Source of the DNA: Eledone cirrhosa
Lineage: Eukaryota
Direction: 5' to 3'
Assembly: GCA_964016885.1 (NCBI GenBank)
Contig: OZ024754.1
Coordinates: forward strand, 24,986,001-25,050,000
Length of the DNA stretch: 64,000 nucleotides
Each line of letters opens with the position of its first letter. Within the stretch, counting starts at the first letter, position 1. The notes under the pieces are model-generated. The model was given only the letters and a program-made list of their open reading frames with translations. It was not told the DNA's origin and did no database searches. The position numbers and the translations under genes are program-made. Below are positions 13,980-28,402 of this stretch, piece by piece.

Positions 13980-14109
13980 CATATAAATATATATATATAT
14001 ATATATACATATAAATATACATATATATATATATATACATATAAATATACATATATATATATATATACATATAAATATACATATATATATATATATACAT
14101 ATAATATAC

Positions 14110-14170
<61 letters not shown>

Positions 14171-14171
14171 C

Positions 14172-14202
<31 letters not shown>

Positions 14203-14419
14203 CATATATATAGTTAAAAGAATAGAGGTGTAACACACAAGTTATTATATATTGGTAAACGGAATAGAAAATGCTGACAAATTGTTCACAGTTGGAAAAT
14301 GGTTTAATTAGGAATAAAAGAGTATTAGTGATTGTATGGGTTAGTATTCAGTTGTGGTTTTAAGTTTTTAAGTTTTTACCGGTTGCGCATTTCTAAATGC
14401 TTTTCAAAAATAATTTTGT

Positions 14420-14890
14420 GATAGAGTGTCCGTGTTGATTGCTCGGATCACATACACACACACACACACACACACACCACCACCTTCAGCCCTCCCCGCT
14501 CGGACACCCCGTCTCCCTCTCCCCACTCCACCCGCCACCACCCCTACTCACCCCACAACCTTCCACCACCTGTTTACCCCCCTTTTAATTTCAGTTTATT
14601 TTGATCATGCCTTTATTTTTAAATTTTCTCATTCCTTGTATTTTGATCATGCTTTATTTTTATTTTTTATCTTTATTTGTTATTTTTTCATTCGCACCGT
14701 TTCCTTTCGCTATATGTCTCTCCACCACTCCCTACACACCTTTTGAACTCTGTTCCCACACACTTCTCACCTGAGGAAGGGCTTATGCCCGAAACGTCGT
14801 CCCCCACCTACCCCCTACTCTCCTGAGCGTGAAATTAATAAACATTTATTGTACTGCCTCTCTGTTTTGTCCCTGTTCAAATTTTTCCAT
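14420..14890 (+). mobile_element. Probable PLE pseudo-LTR remnant with a degenerate hammerhead-like core
   Basis: Pyrimidine-rich leader, then CTGAGGA-A-GGGC-TTAT-GCCC-GAAA-CGTCG-TC (14771-14801) and AATAAA. No stem I partner is visible. Confidence 0.5.
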
Positions 14891-15175
14891 TATATATATA
14901 TATACATATATATATATATACATATATACATATATATATATATACATATATATATACATATATATTTATATATACATATATATATATACATATATATATA
15001 CATATATATATATACATATATATATACATATATATATATACATATATATATACATATATATACATATATATATATACATATATATATACATATATATACA
15101 TATATATATACATATATATATACATATATATACATATATATATACATATATATATACATATATATATATTATACA

Positions 15176-15209
<34 letters not shown>

Positions 15210-15234
15210 CATACATATATATATATATACATAC

Positions 15235-15269
<35 letters not shown>

Positions 15270-15274
15270 CATAC

Positions 15275-15307
<33 letters not shown>

Positions 15308-15309
15308 CT

Positions 15310-15341
<32 letters not shown>

Positions 15342-15432
15342 TACATATATATACATATATATATACATACATATATATATATACATATATATACATATAT
15401 ATATACATACATATATACATATATATATATAC

Positions 15433-15463
<31 letters not shown>

Positions 15464-15566
15464 CATATATACATATATATATACATATATACATATATAC
15501 ATATACATATATACATATATATATATACATATATTCATATATATATATACATATACATATATACAT

Positions 15567-15597
<31 letters not shown>

Positions 15598-15798
15598 TAC
15601 ACATATATATATATACACAAATATATATATACACAAATATATATATACATATATATATATACATATATACATATATATATACATATATATATATATACAT
15701 ATACACATATATACATATATATATATATACATATATATACATATATACATATACATATAGAGATTACAGTAATCAAAGTTCAGTTTAAGTCATTTATT

Positions 15799-15845
15799 TG
15801 CTTACAATTGTTTCCTCCAAACCGAGGTTTGGATTCTTCGGAGCA
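15799..15845 (-). ncRNA. Type I hammerhead ribozyme, U4C core variant
   Basis: Minus strand reads TGCT-CCGAAGA-A-TCCAAAC-CTCG-GTTTGGA-G-GAAA-CAATTG-TA-AGCA: a 7-bp stem II, palindromic stem III and GUA site. Confidence 0.65.
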
Positions 15846-16035
15846 GCTATTTATAACATACTTGACCTCCTTTTCAACCCAAGAGACACATAAAACATAT
15901 GCGCATATTGATCAACAGTGGGGTGACATTCATCAAATGAAATAGCATGGCAATTTACATATATAGTGTTACATGATATATATATATATATATACATATA
16001 TATATACATATACATATATACATATATATATATAC

Positions 16036-16066
<31 letters not shown>

Positions 16067-16150
16067 CATATATACATATATATATATATATACATATATA
16101 CATATACATATATACATATATATATACATATATATATATACATATATATA

Positions 16151-17000
16151 ACTTTGAATAACTTTGAAATGTTTTGGCCAGTATTGGCCCAGGCCATGTC
16201 TAACTTAATAGCACCACCTGGCGAAGTCTTTCAATTCAGGATTTGGGCACCATGGCCCATTCGAGAAGAGAATTACTGTTTGCGGAGACATATCCGGGTG
16301 TGGGTGGTTTGTCCGGGATTACTTGGAGGAATTTGTCCAAAGACTTCTTGAATTTTGTGTGGTCAGTTTCTGTTTTGACGTGTCCTGGTGTGATGTTGAA
16401 GAGAGCAGGGCCGATTGAGGTGAAATAATTGTGCCGTATTGCTGTTATGAGTTGCGATTTAGATTTTTGAATGGGACGGATAGCACGGGGCCCAAGCCTT
16501 GGGTGCATCTTGAAGGCGATGCCAACATCATTTGGGCAGTGATGATGGAACATTTTCCACATCATGCAGATAATATAACGCTCACGGCGACGTTGGAGTG
16601 AGTAAAGTTTCAGGTTTTCTAATCGACCCCAGTAGTCAAGGTCTGACATGCCATCTATCTTTTCGTGATTGCCCTTTGAGGAGCTTCAAGTTTCATGATA
16701 CTTTGTTTCGTGTGGGGAGACCACAGTGGACAACAGTATTCAAGGTGTGGTCGGGCAAAAGTAGAGAAGAGAAGGATAATGGTGCGGGAATCTCTCGACT
16801 GGAAGGTTCTGAGGATCCAGGAACACATTCTGCGGGCCATGTCAACTTTGCTGCTTATATGCGTGGTCCAGCTTATGTTGCTGTCCACGGTTACTCCCAA
16901 GTCTCTGATGTTGTTAGATGCCACGAGAGTTTCCCCGGAGGGAAGGGAGTACGGGAGTTTCAGAGCATCCTCTTTTCCAAAGTGGATCAGTTCGAATTTT
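16151..17000 (-). mobile_element. 5'-truncated CR1-clade LINE (3' 850 bp)
   Basis: Closely similar to 17787-18640. Encodes the RT C-terminus ([24 protein letters not shown]) and ends in a (TTCAAAGTTA)n tail. Confidence 0.92.
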
Positions 17001-17450
17001 TTCTCTATATATACATATATATATATATACATACATATATATATACATACATATATATATATACACATACATATATATACATATATATATATATACATAC
17101 ATATATATATATATATATATACATACATATATATATACATACATATATACATATATATATATATACATATATATATACATATATATATATATACATACAT
17201 ATATATATACATATATATATATATACATACATATATATATACATATATATATATACATACATATATATACATATATATATACATACATATATATACATAT
17301 ATATATACATACATATATATATACATATATATACATATACATATATATATACACATATATATACACATATATATATACATATATATATATATATACATAT
17401 ATATATACATATATATATACATATACATATATATATACATATATATATAC

Positions 17451-17481
<31 letters not shown>

Positions 17482-17498
17482 CATATATATTTATATAC

Positions 17499-17561
<63 letters not shown>

Positions 17562-17686
17562 CATATATATATACATATATATATATATATACATATATAT
17601 ATACATATATATATATATACATATACATATATATATACATATATATATATATACATATACATATATATATACATATATATATATAC

Positions 17687-17717
<31 letters not shown>

Positions 17718-17732
17718 CATATATATATATAC

Positions 17733-17787
<55 letters not shown>

Positions 17788-17880
17788 CTTTGAATAACTT
17801 TGAATAACTTTGAAATGTTTTGGCCAGTATTGGCCCAGGCCATGTCTAACTTATAGCACCACCTGGCGAAGTCTTTCAAT

Positions 17881-20800
17881 TCAGGATTTGGGCACCATGA
17901 CCCATTCGAGAAGAGAATTATTGTTTGCGGAGACATATCCGGGTGTGGGTGGTTTGTCCGGGATTACTTGGAGGAATTTGTCCAAAGACTTCTTGAATTT
18001 TGTGTGGTCAGTTTCTGTTTTGACGTGTCCTGGTGTGATGTTGAAGAGAGCAGGGCCAATTGTGGTGAAATAATTGTTCCGTATTGTTGTTATGAGTTGC
18101 GATTTAGATTTTTGTTTGGGACGGATAGCACGGGGCCCAAGCCTTGGGTGTATTTTGAAGGTGATGCCAACATCATTTGGGCAGTGCTGATGAAACATTT
18201 TCCACATCATGCAGATAATATAACGCTCACGGTGACGTTGGAGTGAGTAAAGTTTCAGCTTTTCTAGTCGACCCCAGTAGTCAAGGTCTGACATGCCATC
18301 TATCTTTTTCGTGATTGCCCTTTGGGGAGCTTCAAGTTTCATGATACTTTGTTTCATGTGGGGAGACCACAGTGGACAACAGTATTCAAGGTGTGGTCGG
18401 GCAAAAGTGGAGAAGAGAAGGATAATGGTGTGGGAATCTCTCGACTGGAAAGTTCTGAGGATCCAGGAACACATTCTGCGGGCCATGTCAACTTTGCTGC
18501 TTATATGCGTGGCCCAGCTTATGTTGCTGTCCACGGTTACTCCAAGTCTCTGATGTTGTTAGATGCCACGAGAGTTTCACCGGAGGGAAGGGAGTACGGG
18601 AGTTTCAGAGCATCCTTTTCCAAAGTGGATCAGTTCGAATTTGTCTTCGTTCAGTAACATGTTGTTCTTTTCTGCCCATTGGGTAACAGCCAGTAGGTCT
18701 GACTGAAGGCTTATCCGGTCATCCACGCCATTGATGACCTTTTGGAGCTTGGAATCATCAGCGAAAATTCTAATGTTGCTGTGTTTGATGATATCAGTGA
18801 TGTCATTAATATAGATGATGAAGAGAAGTGGGCCCAACACAGTGCCTTGTGGGACCCCACTACTGACTTTGGCAGGGCTGGATTTGACTCCTTCAACTAC
18901 AACATGTTGGGTTCTGTTTGACAGGAAGCTCTTGATCCACTGCAGCAGCTTTCCAGTGACACCAATATTGGACAGCTTTCTCAGTAGAATGTTGTGATCA
19001 ACCCTGTCAAAGGCCTTGCTGAAATCAAGGTAAATAACATCAGTGTTGGAACCCTCTCCCAAGGCTCTCAAATGTCATCAAAGTGATGCAGTAGCTGCGT
19101 CAGGCAATCCCTTCCATTACGGAATCCATGCTGGTTGGAGTTCAGCATATTGTTACTCTCAAGGAAGTGAGTCACTCGCGATCTCACCACTCTCTCAAAT
19201 ACCTTAATGATATGAGAGGTGAGTGAGATTGGATGGTAATTCACGGCAAGGGATTTGTTTCCTTTTTTGAAAACTGGGATAACAGACTGGGATAGAAGGT
19301 TTTCTGGCACATATCCAGCATCCAGTGAGTTCCGCCACAGATTGGCAAGAGGAGATGCAAGTTGGTGTTGACACGCCTTCAAGACACAAGCAGGGAACCT
19401 ATCGGGACCTACTGCTGAATTATGCTTGATATACTTTGTTGCCGCTAAGACATCAGGAGCGCGAAACGTTATGTTCGATAAGGTGTAATGGGGAGTAACA
19501 TCGCCGATACAGCCCAGATCGGCCATATCAGGATTGCTGAAAACAGAGCAGTATTGTTTCTGCAGTATCTCACCCATGGTTTTAGCATTGTCTTGAAGAG
19601 TGCCATTTTCATCAATTAGAGGGCCAACAGTAGAGCCAGTGATTTTGTGTTCTTTTGCAAATGAAAAGAACACTTTGGGATTGAGTTTGATCTTCTCAAT
19701 GGCCCAGGCCTCTTCAGCTCTTCTCTGATTGTTGATGATAGACATCATATTGTTTTGGAGGTTGTTTTTTAATCTCTAGTGATGAAATGGCAGTCAAGTT
19801 GATATGTTGCTGCTGACAGTATTTCAGCTTGTTGATTTTTTTGTTAGTTCTCTTAATTTTCCTGATGAGCGTTTTTCTATTTCTAGGGATTCTGCTCTTA
19901 GATTTGTTTATAGTTCTTAATGGGGTGTGTTTTGCACATATGTTTGTAACAGTGTCCACAAATGTCTGCCAGGACTTTTTGATGTTAGTGGGTGTATGAG
20001 TGTGCGTGAAGGACCAGTCGATGTGTGCAAGATCATGACTGATCGCTTCCCAGTTTGCATCGTGGAAATCCATAGCGTCAAACGGATGGACAGGAGAGAT
20101 GACATTGGGTTTGTATATTGGACGGTGGAATCTCAGATCACAGAGAACCATGTCATGATCAGAGAGTAGAGTTTTCTCCACTGCAATATTGTGGATATTG
20201 TCAGTGTGATTGCTGAAAATTAAGTCTAGGACGTTTTTGTGGCACCTCGTTGGTTCAAGCACCAGTTGGGACAGGAAGAAATCATCCATGAAGTCAAGAA
20301 GCGATTCCACTTCTTCCCTGTCAGAGGTTGAGGCAAAAGAACCTGGTGGCAGGCTGTTTGTGGACCAGTCAACTCCGGGGAAGTTGAAGTCCCCCATCAT
20401 TAAGATGTTGTCAGGGTGACACTCTTGGATGAAACACTTTATGCTGTTGAGGCATTCCTTGAAGCATGGTAGAGGCGTTTGGGGTGGCCTATAGAGCCCA
20501 ACTACTATTAGGTTGTTGGTTTGACTGAATACAGTGACTGCTTCGCAGTATCCATTAGTAAATATGTTCATAGCCTCTGTTGAGAAAGAATTATGGACAT
20601 AAATGGCAGTCCCACCCTTTCTTCTGCCAGCGCGATCAGCACGGATGGCTTTGAAATTTTTCACTTTCACCTCGGCTTCCAAGTGGAGGTTACTGAGATG
20701 GGTTTCAGTGAGGACGAAGAAAGGGATGTGGTTTGGATGGACATCAACCCAGTCCTCCAGGAATTTGATCTTCCATTTTTGAGTATTGGTGGAAGGGCCT

Positions 20801-20889
20801 TGGGCGTTAAGCAAAAATGTTGAGGTGAGAGTGGATGGTTTTAATTGTTTTGGTGTGTTGTTAATTTGTTTGTTTGTTAATGGCAGCAA
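17881..20889 (-). pseudogene. CR1-type ORF2 (AP endonuclease + reverse transcriptase), split by several frameshifts
   Basis: LTETHL, GLYRPP, MGDFNFP, LDLIF, SDH (APE); NYHPISLTS, QHGFR, YLDFSKAFDRV, GVPQGTVLGPLLF, FADDSKL, RDLGV (RT), spread over track ORFs 19714-20889, 19068-19748, 18577-19071 and 17881-18534. Confidence 0.93.
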
Positions 20890-21673
20890 TGGGAGTTTGT
20901 GCAGTGAGGTGATAGTGGAGGGTGGTGCTGGGTGATAGCTCGAATGTTTTTTTCCAGTTCTTTTGCCAGATTCATTATGGCTAAAAAAGAGGAAGAAGTT
21001 TCCTGTTTAGAAGACTGTTGGTGACTGTGGTAGTGGTTATTTTTATGTAGGTTATGGTTTTTGTTTTTGCTTTTATTTTTATTTTTATTTTCATTTGTCC
21101 GACGGGTCCCCGGGAGATGGGTAAAGGGACAATGCCGGTGTAAACACAATCTGTCTCGCAGGGAAAAGCGCAGATTTGTGGATTCCTTGTTTGAGTTATT
21201 GGTGGTTGTGTTGGTATTAAATTAGTGTATGTATTATGGTGGTGGCTGTTTGTGGGGATAGACCGTTTTGTCCTAGGTAAATGGGTGAATTTGCAGCCAC
21301 TATCCGTACATATTCTATAGCGTAGAGAGTAGCGGCAAATGATGGGGTTTCGAGTGGGTGTGTGTGTTGTGAGAGGTATAGATGATGGTTTGAGTAGGTT
21401 TTGACAACCTGTGTGGGCTGTGGGAGGGAGAGTTCTTGTACTGGTATTAGAAGGTAAATTCCTTGAGATAGCAGTAGGCAAAGATGTTGTAGTAGTAGTA
21501 GTAGTAGGCAGAGGAGATGTTGGCAGTGGTGATGATTGGACTGCTGGGGCAGGGAAAGGAAGAGGCGTTTCCTGCTGTGAGACAGTGGCTACTGGAGGTC
21601 AATAGTTTCATTTAGTAGATCGGCCATTGTTGATGAATCAAAGAGTGGTTCACACTGTTGTTGTTGTTGTCGT

Positions 21674-21705
<32 letters not shown>

Positions 21706-21948
21706 TTGCTGTTGTTGTTGTAGCCATTGTTGCTGTTGCTGCTGTTGCTGCTGCTGGACAGCATCCGAAAAAAAAACACACCGTAGTTTATCCAAATGTT
21801 TATTGATTATTTTAAAAGCAACTTCGATTTGCTTTAATTTATTTTGAATCTGTTGTTCAGATCGGGTTTTCAAAAGGTGAACTGTACGTTTAGCAATGTC
21901 GTTCAGACATGAAGCATCTATGTCTTCTGTTTGGGAAAGGCAATGCAT
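20877..21948 (-). pseudogene. LINE ORF1 remnant: helical N-terminus, polyQ, Pro/Thr-rich linker, two CCCH-like zinc fingers
   Basis: PolyQ at ~21655-21757; ICRYSLRYRICTDSGCKFTH at ~21283-21340; a second ICAFPC..DCLHRHCPFTH at ~21115-21177 across a frameshift. Confidence 0.65.
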
Positions 21949-22176
21949 GAGTTTATTAGAATGTCGATTTCATTATCAGACCAGTTCTGTTTGGATTTTT
22001 GCTGGTTAACCATTCTAGTTTTGAGTGTGTGTGTTTTAGTTAAGTATTTCAATATATTTTTCTTTTGTTTTTTTGTTTTTCTTGTGAGAAATATGAGTAT
22101 ATATATATAAATATATTCTGGTTATTTGAAATTAATGAAATTAATGAAAAGACGAAAGTATATGATAATACATATA

Positions 22177-22405
22177 TAACGTTCAACCATCTGGCAGAAA
22201 GGTATACGGTGCTGATGATAGCTAACAAGCTTGAAACTAGTACGTCGTTCCTGTGTCATTGTTGAACAAAAAGGTGACGTGGTTGCCTTAACACCGTACG
22301 GCATAAATTCAGGCTGTTCAGTTTGTTTACAAACGAACAAAGCGGGCGCTATAATAAGCGTCCGCTAAACTGATACGTACATATATGTATGTGTACCTGT
22401 ATGTA

Positions 22406-22447
<42 letters not shown>

Positions 22448-22580
22448 GGTATATATATATATATATATGTGCATGCTACTGTACGTCTGTATACATATAT
22501 CTATGTACGTATACATACATACTTACATTTAAGTAAGTGCCGTACTAAGAGTGAGAAATGAAATTACGTTTTCATTTTAT
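22177..22580 (+). mobile_element. Solo dispersed copy of satellite monomer A (retrozyme-like)
   Basis: Diverged homologue of 31617-31830 and of the TACTGTACGTCTG...GTGCCGTACTAAGAGTGAGAAAT block at 31412-31500. Confidence 0.85.
22206..22248 (+). ncRNA. Minimal type I hammerhead ribozyme (family A)
   Basis: ACGGTG-CTGATGA-TAGC-TAACAA-GCTT-GAAA-CTAG-TA-CGTCGT. Confidence 0.85.
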
Positions 22581-22584
22581 TACA

Positions 22585-22628
<44 letters not shown>

Positions 22629-22636
22629 ACATATAC

Positions 22637-22720
<84 letters not shown>

Positions 22721-22783
22721 ACATATACATATACATATATATACATATATATACATATACATATATATACATATATATACATA

Positions 22784-22830
<47 letters not shown>

Positions 22831-22904
22831 CATATATACATATATTATATATATATACATATATATATATACATATATTATATATTATATATATATACAT
22901 ATAT

Positions 22905-22942
<38 letters not shown>

Positions 22943-23056
22943 TGCATATATATATATATACATATATATACATATATATACATATATATATATATATACA
23001 TATATATACATATATACATATATATACATATATATACATATATATATATATATACA

Positions 23057-23270
23057 GGAACGATCGACTTTCGTCAAATCGGACCGAGGAAACAATGTTT
23101 CCAATGGTCTTTCCTGTTGCTGGTACTACCTATCGGTCGCAACTCAGGTAGAAGGAGCAACGTGAAATAAAGTGTCTTGCTCAAGGACATAACGCATCGC
23201 CTGGTCCAGGAATCGAACTCACAACCTTACGATTGCGAATCCAATTCTCTAACCACTCAGCCACACGCCT
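23057..23270 (-). mobile_element. tRNA-derived CORE-like SINE with a non-RTE structured tail
   Basis: Minus strand: A box TGGCTGAGTGG, B box GAGTTCGATTCC, CCTTGAGCAAGACACTTTATTTCAC core, then a distinct ~100-nt tail running into (TA)n. Confidence 0.85.
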
Positions 23271-23272
23271 TA

Positions 23273-23304
<32 letters not shown>

Positions 23305-23318
23305 CATATATATATATG

Positions 23319-23546
<228 letters not shown>

Positions 23547-23556
23547 TATATACATA

Positions 23557-23592
<36 letters not shown>

Positions 23593-23737
23593 CATATACA
23601 TATATATACATATATATATATATAATTATATACATATACATATATACATATATATACATATATATATACATATATACATATACATATATATATATATATA
23701 TATACATATGTACATATATATACATATATATATATAC

Positions 23738-23772
<35 letters not shown>

Positions 23773-23825
23773 CATATATATACATATATATACATATATA
23801 TACATATATATATATATATACATAT

Positions 23826-23877
<52 letters not shown>

Positions 23878-23926
23878 ATTTATATATATATATACATATA
23901 TATATATACATATATATACATATATA

Positions 23927-25313
23927 TGGAAGCACGGCCTAGAATCAAAAGGCCTTAAAATTAACTGGCTAAGACAAAAGTTCTAGTTTGTAGGAAAGAA
24001 AATATGGTGGCAGTCCATCTGGGAAATGGCCATGCTCAGTGTGTAGGAAAGGCGTAGGTAGAAACTCCATTTTATGTCCCAAATGCAAAGTATGGGTGCA
24101 TAAAAGATGTAGTGGGATCACAGGTAAGCTAACTAAGAACATAGATTTTACATGTGGCCGGTGCTCTGGTGCAATAAGTAGCAGCAAGTGCCCACAAAAT
24201 ACTAGCTCCTTCAACTGCGCAGAGGTTCTATAGAAATAGTGGACAGCTTCCGTTACCTGGTGACAAAATCAGCAGTTGGGAGGGTGCTCTGAAAGTACAG
24301 TAGCTAGAGTCAGAACTGGATGGAAAAAGTTCAGAGAGCTTATACCACTATTAGCCGCTAGAGGGTCTCCTAAAAATGAAAGGCAGGTTATACGATGCCT
24401 GCATACGAACAGCAATGCTGCATGGCAGTGAGACCTGGGCATTGTGTGCAGAGGATATACGCAGACTAGAGAGGAACGAAGCTTGCATGCTCCGCTGGAT
24501 GTGCAATAGTAATATACGTGAACGGCAAAGCATAAACGAACTAAGGAAAAAATTAGAAATAAGAGGGATCAGATGTTGTTTACTCGAGAGAAGGCTACGT
24601 TGGTACGGTCACGTGATGCGCATGAAAGACGACAGCTGTATAACAAAGTGCAGGGCAATAAAGATAGACGGTAGCCACGGAGTAGGCAGACCCAGAAAAA
24701 CATGGACGAGCTGATAAATTCCGACCTCACACGCTTACACCTCTCCAAGACAATGTCACTGGACCGAGACCTTTGGCGGTACTCAGTAATAGAGAAGACC
24801 CACCTTTTTACAAAGTAAAAACCTACTACAGTCAGTAGGCTCTCTATCAAAACACCCCCCCCCCCCGTCCCACCACCTCCACCCCATCCACACCGCCCCT
24901 TTCATGTACAGTTATGTTGGTCCCACAACATCCAGGCCGAATACAATGAGATCGTGTAGGTGTCACGACAAAAAAACACACAGTCCACGCTGTAAATGTG
25001 GTCGTGTAGGCAACACGGTAAAACCTCCCAGCCCACACTGTAAATGTGGTTGGTGTTAGGAAGGGCATCCAGCTGTAGAAAACCCGCCAGACAGTCCACG
25101 CTGTAATGTGGCCGTGTAGGCAACACGGTAAAAACCTCCCAGCCCCACACTGTAAATGTGGTTGGTGTTAGGAAGGGCATCCAACTGTAGAAAACCGCCA
25201 GACAGTCCTATGCGAGCAAGACAACCACTCTTGCCTCAAGTGGGAAAACCCCGTCCAAACCCATGCAAGCCGTGGAACACGGACGCTAAACCTGATGATG
25301 ATGATGAGATGAT
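23927..25313 (+). mobile_element. 5'-truncated, frameshifted copy of the RTE element
   Basis: Homologous to 8183-9447, including the PHD region, C-terminus and 3' UTR. Has a ~110-bp tandem duplication at 24980-25200 and a (GAT)n tail. Confidence 0.93.
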
Positions 25314-25333
25314 ACATATAATATATATATTAC

Positions 25334-25366
<33 letters not shown>

Positions 25367-25656
25367 CATTATATACATACATATATATATATACTTATAT
25401 ATACATTATATATATACATATATATACATATATATACATATACATATATATATATATATATATATACATATATATACATATATTATATATATATATATAT
25501 TATACATACATATATATATATATAGTCTATAATATTCCCGCTTGCTCTAGTGGCCAGGTCACGTACGGGTCACTTTAACGCTATAGCCCATACGTGCTGG
25601 TAGTTAGCATTATAATTTGCTGACCGTAGGGACAAATGTCCTATAGAATGGAAATA

Positions 25657-25735
25657 GCTATCTGAAGAAATCTACTTTCCTTTGGAAATTCTCCGAATTT
25701 CCAATCTTTTGTGGTTGGAAACCGCCGGTAATAGC
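25657..25735 (+). ncRNA. Type I hammerhead ribozyme with extended stem II, in a ~290-bp structured island (25525-25815)
   Basis: GCTAT-CTGAAGA-AATCTAC...(TTGGAAATTC-TCC-GAATTTCCAA)...GTGGTTG-GAAA-CCGCCGG-TA-ATAGC. Confidence 0.75.
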
Positions 25736-26319
25736 ATTATGAACAGGTAGATATTTAAATTATTTTTTAATTCATTTAAAGGATGTTAATGTTGTTTGTT
25801 CTGCTTACAATTTTTATATATACATCTATATATATATATACATATATACTATATATAATATAATATATATATAAACATAATATATATATAATATAACATA
25901 TATATATATACATATATATATATATTATATACATATATATATATATAATAATACATATATAAAATATATAATATACATATATATATATATATAATACATA
26001 TATATATAATATATATACATAATAAATATATATATATACATATAATATAATATATACATATATATAATATATATATATATATATATAAATATACATAATA
26101 ATATATATACATTATATATTAATAAATACATATATATATATATATATACATATATATATAATTATATACATAAATATAATATACATATATATATATACAT
26201 ATATATTACATATAATATACATATATATATACATACATATATATATAATATAATATATCATATATATATACATATATATATTACATATATATATTATACA
26301 TATATATATAATATTATAC

Positions 26320-26350
<31 letters not shown>

Positions 26351-26927
26351 CATATATATATACATATATATATACATATATAATATATATATATATAATA
26401 TATACATATATATATATATACATATATATATATAATACATATATTATACTTATATATATACATATATATATACATATACATATATATATACTATATATAT
26501 ATACATATATATATACATACATATATTATACATATATATATACATATATATACATACATATATATATACATATATATACATATATATACATAATATATAC
26601 ATACATATATTACATATAATAACATACTATATACATACATATATATATACATATATATATACTATATATATACATACATATATATATACATATATATATA
26701 CATATATATATACATATACATATATATATACATATATATACATATACATATATATACATATATATATTATACATATATATACATAATATACATATATACT
26801 ATATATACATATATATATACATATATATATATAATACATATATATATACATATATATACATATATATACATACATATATATATACATATATATATACGTA
26901 TATATATATACATACATATATATATAC

Positions 26928-26962
<35 letters not shown>

Positions 26963-27180
26963 CATATATATATACATATATATACATATATATATACATA
27001 TATATATATATACATATATATATACATATATATATATACATATATATATACATATATATATATATACATATATATATATACATATATATATACATATATA
27101 TATATATACATATATACATATATATATACACATATTATATATATACACATATATATATATACACATATATATATATACAC

Positions 27181-27213
<33 letters not shown>

Positions 27214-27280
27214 CATATATTATATATATATGTACATATATATATATATATGTACTATATATATATACATATATAATATA

Positions 27281-27314
<34 letters not shown>

Positions 27315-27331
27315 CATATATATATAATAAC

Positions 27332-27418
<87 letters not shown>

Positions 27419-27420
27419 CA

Positions 27421-27451
<31 letters not shown>

Positions 27452-27462
27452 TATACATATAC

Positions 27463-27501
<39 letters not shown>

Positions 27502-27513
27502 CATATATATAAC

Positions 27514-27603
<90 letters not shown>

Positions 27604-27692
27604 TATATATACATGTATATATACATACATATATATATATATATATACACATATATATACATACATATATATATATATATATACACATATAT

Positions 27693-27733
<41 letters not shown>

Positions 27734-27773
27734 TATATACATACATATATATATATATATATATACACATATA

Positions 27774-27832
<59 letters not shown>

Positions 27833-27961
27833 TCATATATATATAATATATACATATATATACATATATATATATATACATATATATATACATATATATA
27901 TACATATATATATATATACATATATATATATACATATATATATATATACATATATATATAC

Positions 27962-27992
<31 letters not shown>

Positions 27993-28148
27993 CATATATA
28001 TATATACATATATATATATATACATATATATATATACATATATATATATATACACATATATATATATACACATATATATATATATACATATAATTATATA
28101 TACATATATATATACATATATATATATATATACATATATACATATATA

Positions 28149-28256
<108 letters not shown>

Positions 28257-28286
28257 TCATATATATATATATACATATATATATAC

Positions 28287-28353
<67 letters not shown>

Positions 28354-28402
28354 CATATATATACATATATACATATATACATTTATACATATATACATTT
28401 AT

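Larger units (their letters stand above)
17787..22060 (-). mobile_element. Near full-length CR1-clade LINE
   Basis: ORF1 remnants, APE-RT ORF2, a short 3' UTR and a 10-bp tandem tail TTCAAAGTTA. The 5' boundary is approximate. Confidence 0.9.

Noticed and set aside
14771-14801. CTGAGGA...GAAACGTCGTC as an active ribozyme
   Set aside because: Core and stem II are present, but the flanks cannot form stem I; kept only as a degenerate remnant.
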